DNA from: a virus
Taxonomy: Duplodnaviria; Caudoviricetes
DNA: 51,542 bases
Direction: 5' to 3' (one strand)
Virus record (IMG/VR): IMGVR_UViG_3300036773_000035
Coordinates: 1 to 51,542 of that record
Each line of letters starts with the position of its first letter. Position 1 is the first letter of the stretch. Of this stretch, positions 50,280-51,542 are shown piece by piece. Under the pieces are notes generated by a model. It was not told the origin of the DNA. It worked only from the letters and a program-made list of their open reading frames with translations, and did not search any database. A program made the position numbers and the translations under genes.

Positions 50280-50423
50280 ATGCGGAACCCGTTCAGCAAG
50301 GACAAGGCGCGCAAGCAGAAGGCGAAGCGCGACTTCGTGGATCGGCTCCTGCAGCAGGAGACGGGCATGCCGGGCAAGGACCGCATGCGCAACGAGGCGA
50401 AGCGCATCAAGAAGGGGAAGTGA
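50280..50423 (+). CDS. 47-aa basic peptide (not in ORF track)
   Basis: AGGAGG RBS; MRNPFSKDKARKQKAKRDF... Confidence 0.6.
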   Translation: MRNPFSKDKARKQKAKRDFVDRLLQQETGMPGKDRMRNEAKRIKKGK

Positions 50424-50425
50424 CG

Positions 50426-50545
50426 ATGCCACGTCGGAACAAGCAGTGCCAGTGCGGTCACAGTGCTGTGTGGCACTACCTGGACGGATGCCGGCGGTGC
50501 ACGTGTCGGACGTTCGTCAGTCGAGTGCTGGGGAGCCTGCGGTGA
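50426..50545 (+). CDS. 39-aa Cys/His-rich peptide (not in ORF track)
   Basis: CQCGH...H...C..C.C. Confidence 0.55.
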   Translation: MPRRNKQCQCGHSAVWHYLDGCRRCTCRTFVSRVLGSLR

Positions 50546-50679
50546 TCAGCTCTCTGGTGCATGCCATCGGATGGACCGTTGGACGACACATCGGGAACGT
50601 CGTCTGGGTGCTGCTGGTGGGTGCCGTGGTGTACGGGACCGGCCACAGTGCCGTGCGGTTCCTGCGGAGGCGCAAGTGA
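50542..50679 (+). CDS. Small membrane protein
   Basis: GTGA overlap; one TM helix. Confidence 0.5.
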   Translation: MISSLVHAIGWTVGRHIGNVVWVLLVGAVVYGTGHSAVRFLRRRK

Positions 50680-50813
50680 AGCGGCGGTGCTGCGTGTGCG
50701 GCCGGTTCAAGCGCGCGAAGGACCTGCTGCCCTGGCCGGGTGGCTCGGAGGTCGGGTCGAAGGAGATCTGCACCAAGTGTGCCCGCAAGGCTCCGCCCAG
50801 GAACTGGCGGTGA
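50676..50813 (+). CDS. Small zinc-ribbon protein
   Basis: CCVC...CTKC; GTGA overlap. Confidence 0.55.
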   Translation: MKRRCCVCGRFKRAKDLLPWPGGSEVGSKEICTKCARKAPPRNWR

Positions 50814-50932
50814 ACCCCGGGTTGTACAACGCCGGGTACGCCCTGGGGAACGTGCTCGGCTTCGTGTTCGTCATCTCGCTGGCCGTCGCGATCCCCGCGT
50901 GCCTGTGGGCCTGGTGGAACCACCGCCGGTAA
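50810..50932 (+). CDS. Small membrane protein
   Basis: GTGA overlap; one TM helix. Confidence 0.5.
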   Translation: MNPGLYNAGYALGNVLGFVFVISLAVAIPACLWAWWNHRR

Positions 50933-50961
50933 AACTGCCGTGGGGAATTCTTCGGAACCCC

Positions 50962-50990
50962 TTGATTCCGTCCGGTGAGTCCCTTATACT
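50962..50990 (+). promoter_or_regulatory. Sigma-A-type promoter with conserved leader
   Basis: TTGATT-17 bp-TATACT then TATAGGAGAACAACAG. Confidence 0.85.
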
Positions 50991-51032
50991 ATAAATATAG
51001 GAGAACAACAGGAGCGGAACGGAGCCGGGCAG

Positions 51033-51308
51033 ATGATGGAACGGTACGCACTCACAGCCGCAGACCGGGACCTACTGGAGGCGCAGGAGGACATCGAGAG
51101 CGTTAAGGCGGAGCAGGAGGACCTGCGGGAGCTGTACCAGGAGACTCACACGGTGGCGGGCATCAAGCGGGAGCTGTACGACGTACTGGAGCGGATCGAC
51201 CTCTCTCTGTCGGACACGGGCCGGGCGTTGCTGGAGGCGGATCAGTACCGTGCGTACCTCCGACTCAAGGTGGAGGTGCTGGACCAGCTGGTGGTCGCCA
51301 GCTTCTGA
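51033..51308 (+). CDS. Hypothetical helical protein
   Basis: 91-aa ORF after a promoter. Confidence 0.7.
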   Translation: MMERYALTAADRDLLEAQEDIESVKAEQEDLRELYQETHTVAGIKRELYDVLERIDLSLSDTGRALLEADQYRAYLRLKVEVLDQLVVASF

Positions 51309-51309
51309 C

Positions 51310-51542
51310 GCCAGACGGGACGGCGGGCCTGCGGGTCCGCCGTTCGGCATGTTCCCCACTTGAGGTTTGCTGCGTCGTACACTATAATATCTAGCATGGC
51401 CAATGAACAGCACGCCCGAGCGACCTTTGCCCCTGACGGGGCTGAGCTGGTCGCACTCCGCACACTGGTGGCTGGCATGTACGACGCCATGCTGCAGGAG
51501 GCACAGGCTGCACACCACGTGGCACTGTACCACCGCCTCGCC
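51310..51542 (+). repeat. Terminal direct repeat or circular overlap, copy 2
   Basis: Matches 1-233 with one mismatch. Confidence 0.95.

Larger units (their letters stand above)
1..51542. mobile_element. Complete or near-complete tailed bacteriophage genome, probably actinobacterial host, apparently lytic
   Basis: Full set of packaging, head, tail, lysis and replication genes; terminal redundancy; no integrase or CI-like repressor recognised. Confidence 0.95.

Noticed and set aside
1-51542. Lysogeny module (integrase, repressor, parAB)
   Set aside because: No tyrosine or serine recombinase, ParA or CI-like motifs recognised in any ORF

Overview
This window looks like an essentially complete, circularly permuted genome of about 51.3 kb from a GC-rich tailed actinobacteriophage (siphovirus layout). 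Bases 1-233 recur at 51310-51542 with one mismatch. The + strand from 0.1 to 25 kb carries an FtsK/TraB-type translocase fused to a GIY-YIG domain, TerL, portal, an ADP-ribosyltransferase in the head module, protease/scaffold, capsid, neck, tail, tape measure, a GH25 endolysin and holins. The - strand from 25 to 43.8 kb carries a UDG-fused family A DNA polymerase, a 7-deazaguanine DNA-modification cluster (folE, queD, queE, gat-queC, a TGT/DpdA-like gene and two all-alpha NTP pyrophosphohydrolases), RuvC, SSB, a Sak4-like ATPase, a PD-(D/E)XK nuclease, a SNF2 helicase and a primase-helicase. A probable TerS and many small ORFs under near-consensus sigma-A promoters fill 44-51.3 kb. I saw no integrase, CRISPR array or canonical tRNA. 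The least explained signals are non-coding: a structured region of about 330 nt with two tRNA-like elbows (39.15-39.49 kb), a 93-bp dispersed repeat with compensatory base-pair changes (7.3 and 43.9 kb), a 69-bp dispersed repeat with an inverted core (21.2 and 35.2 kb), and a 13-bp repeat array followed by hairpins (45.1-45.4 kb). All calls come from reading motifs by eye; no searches were run. Many starts were moved from the ORF track using RBS and stop/start overlap.
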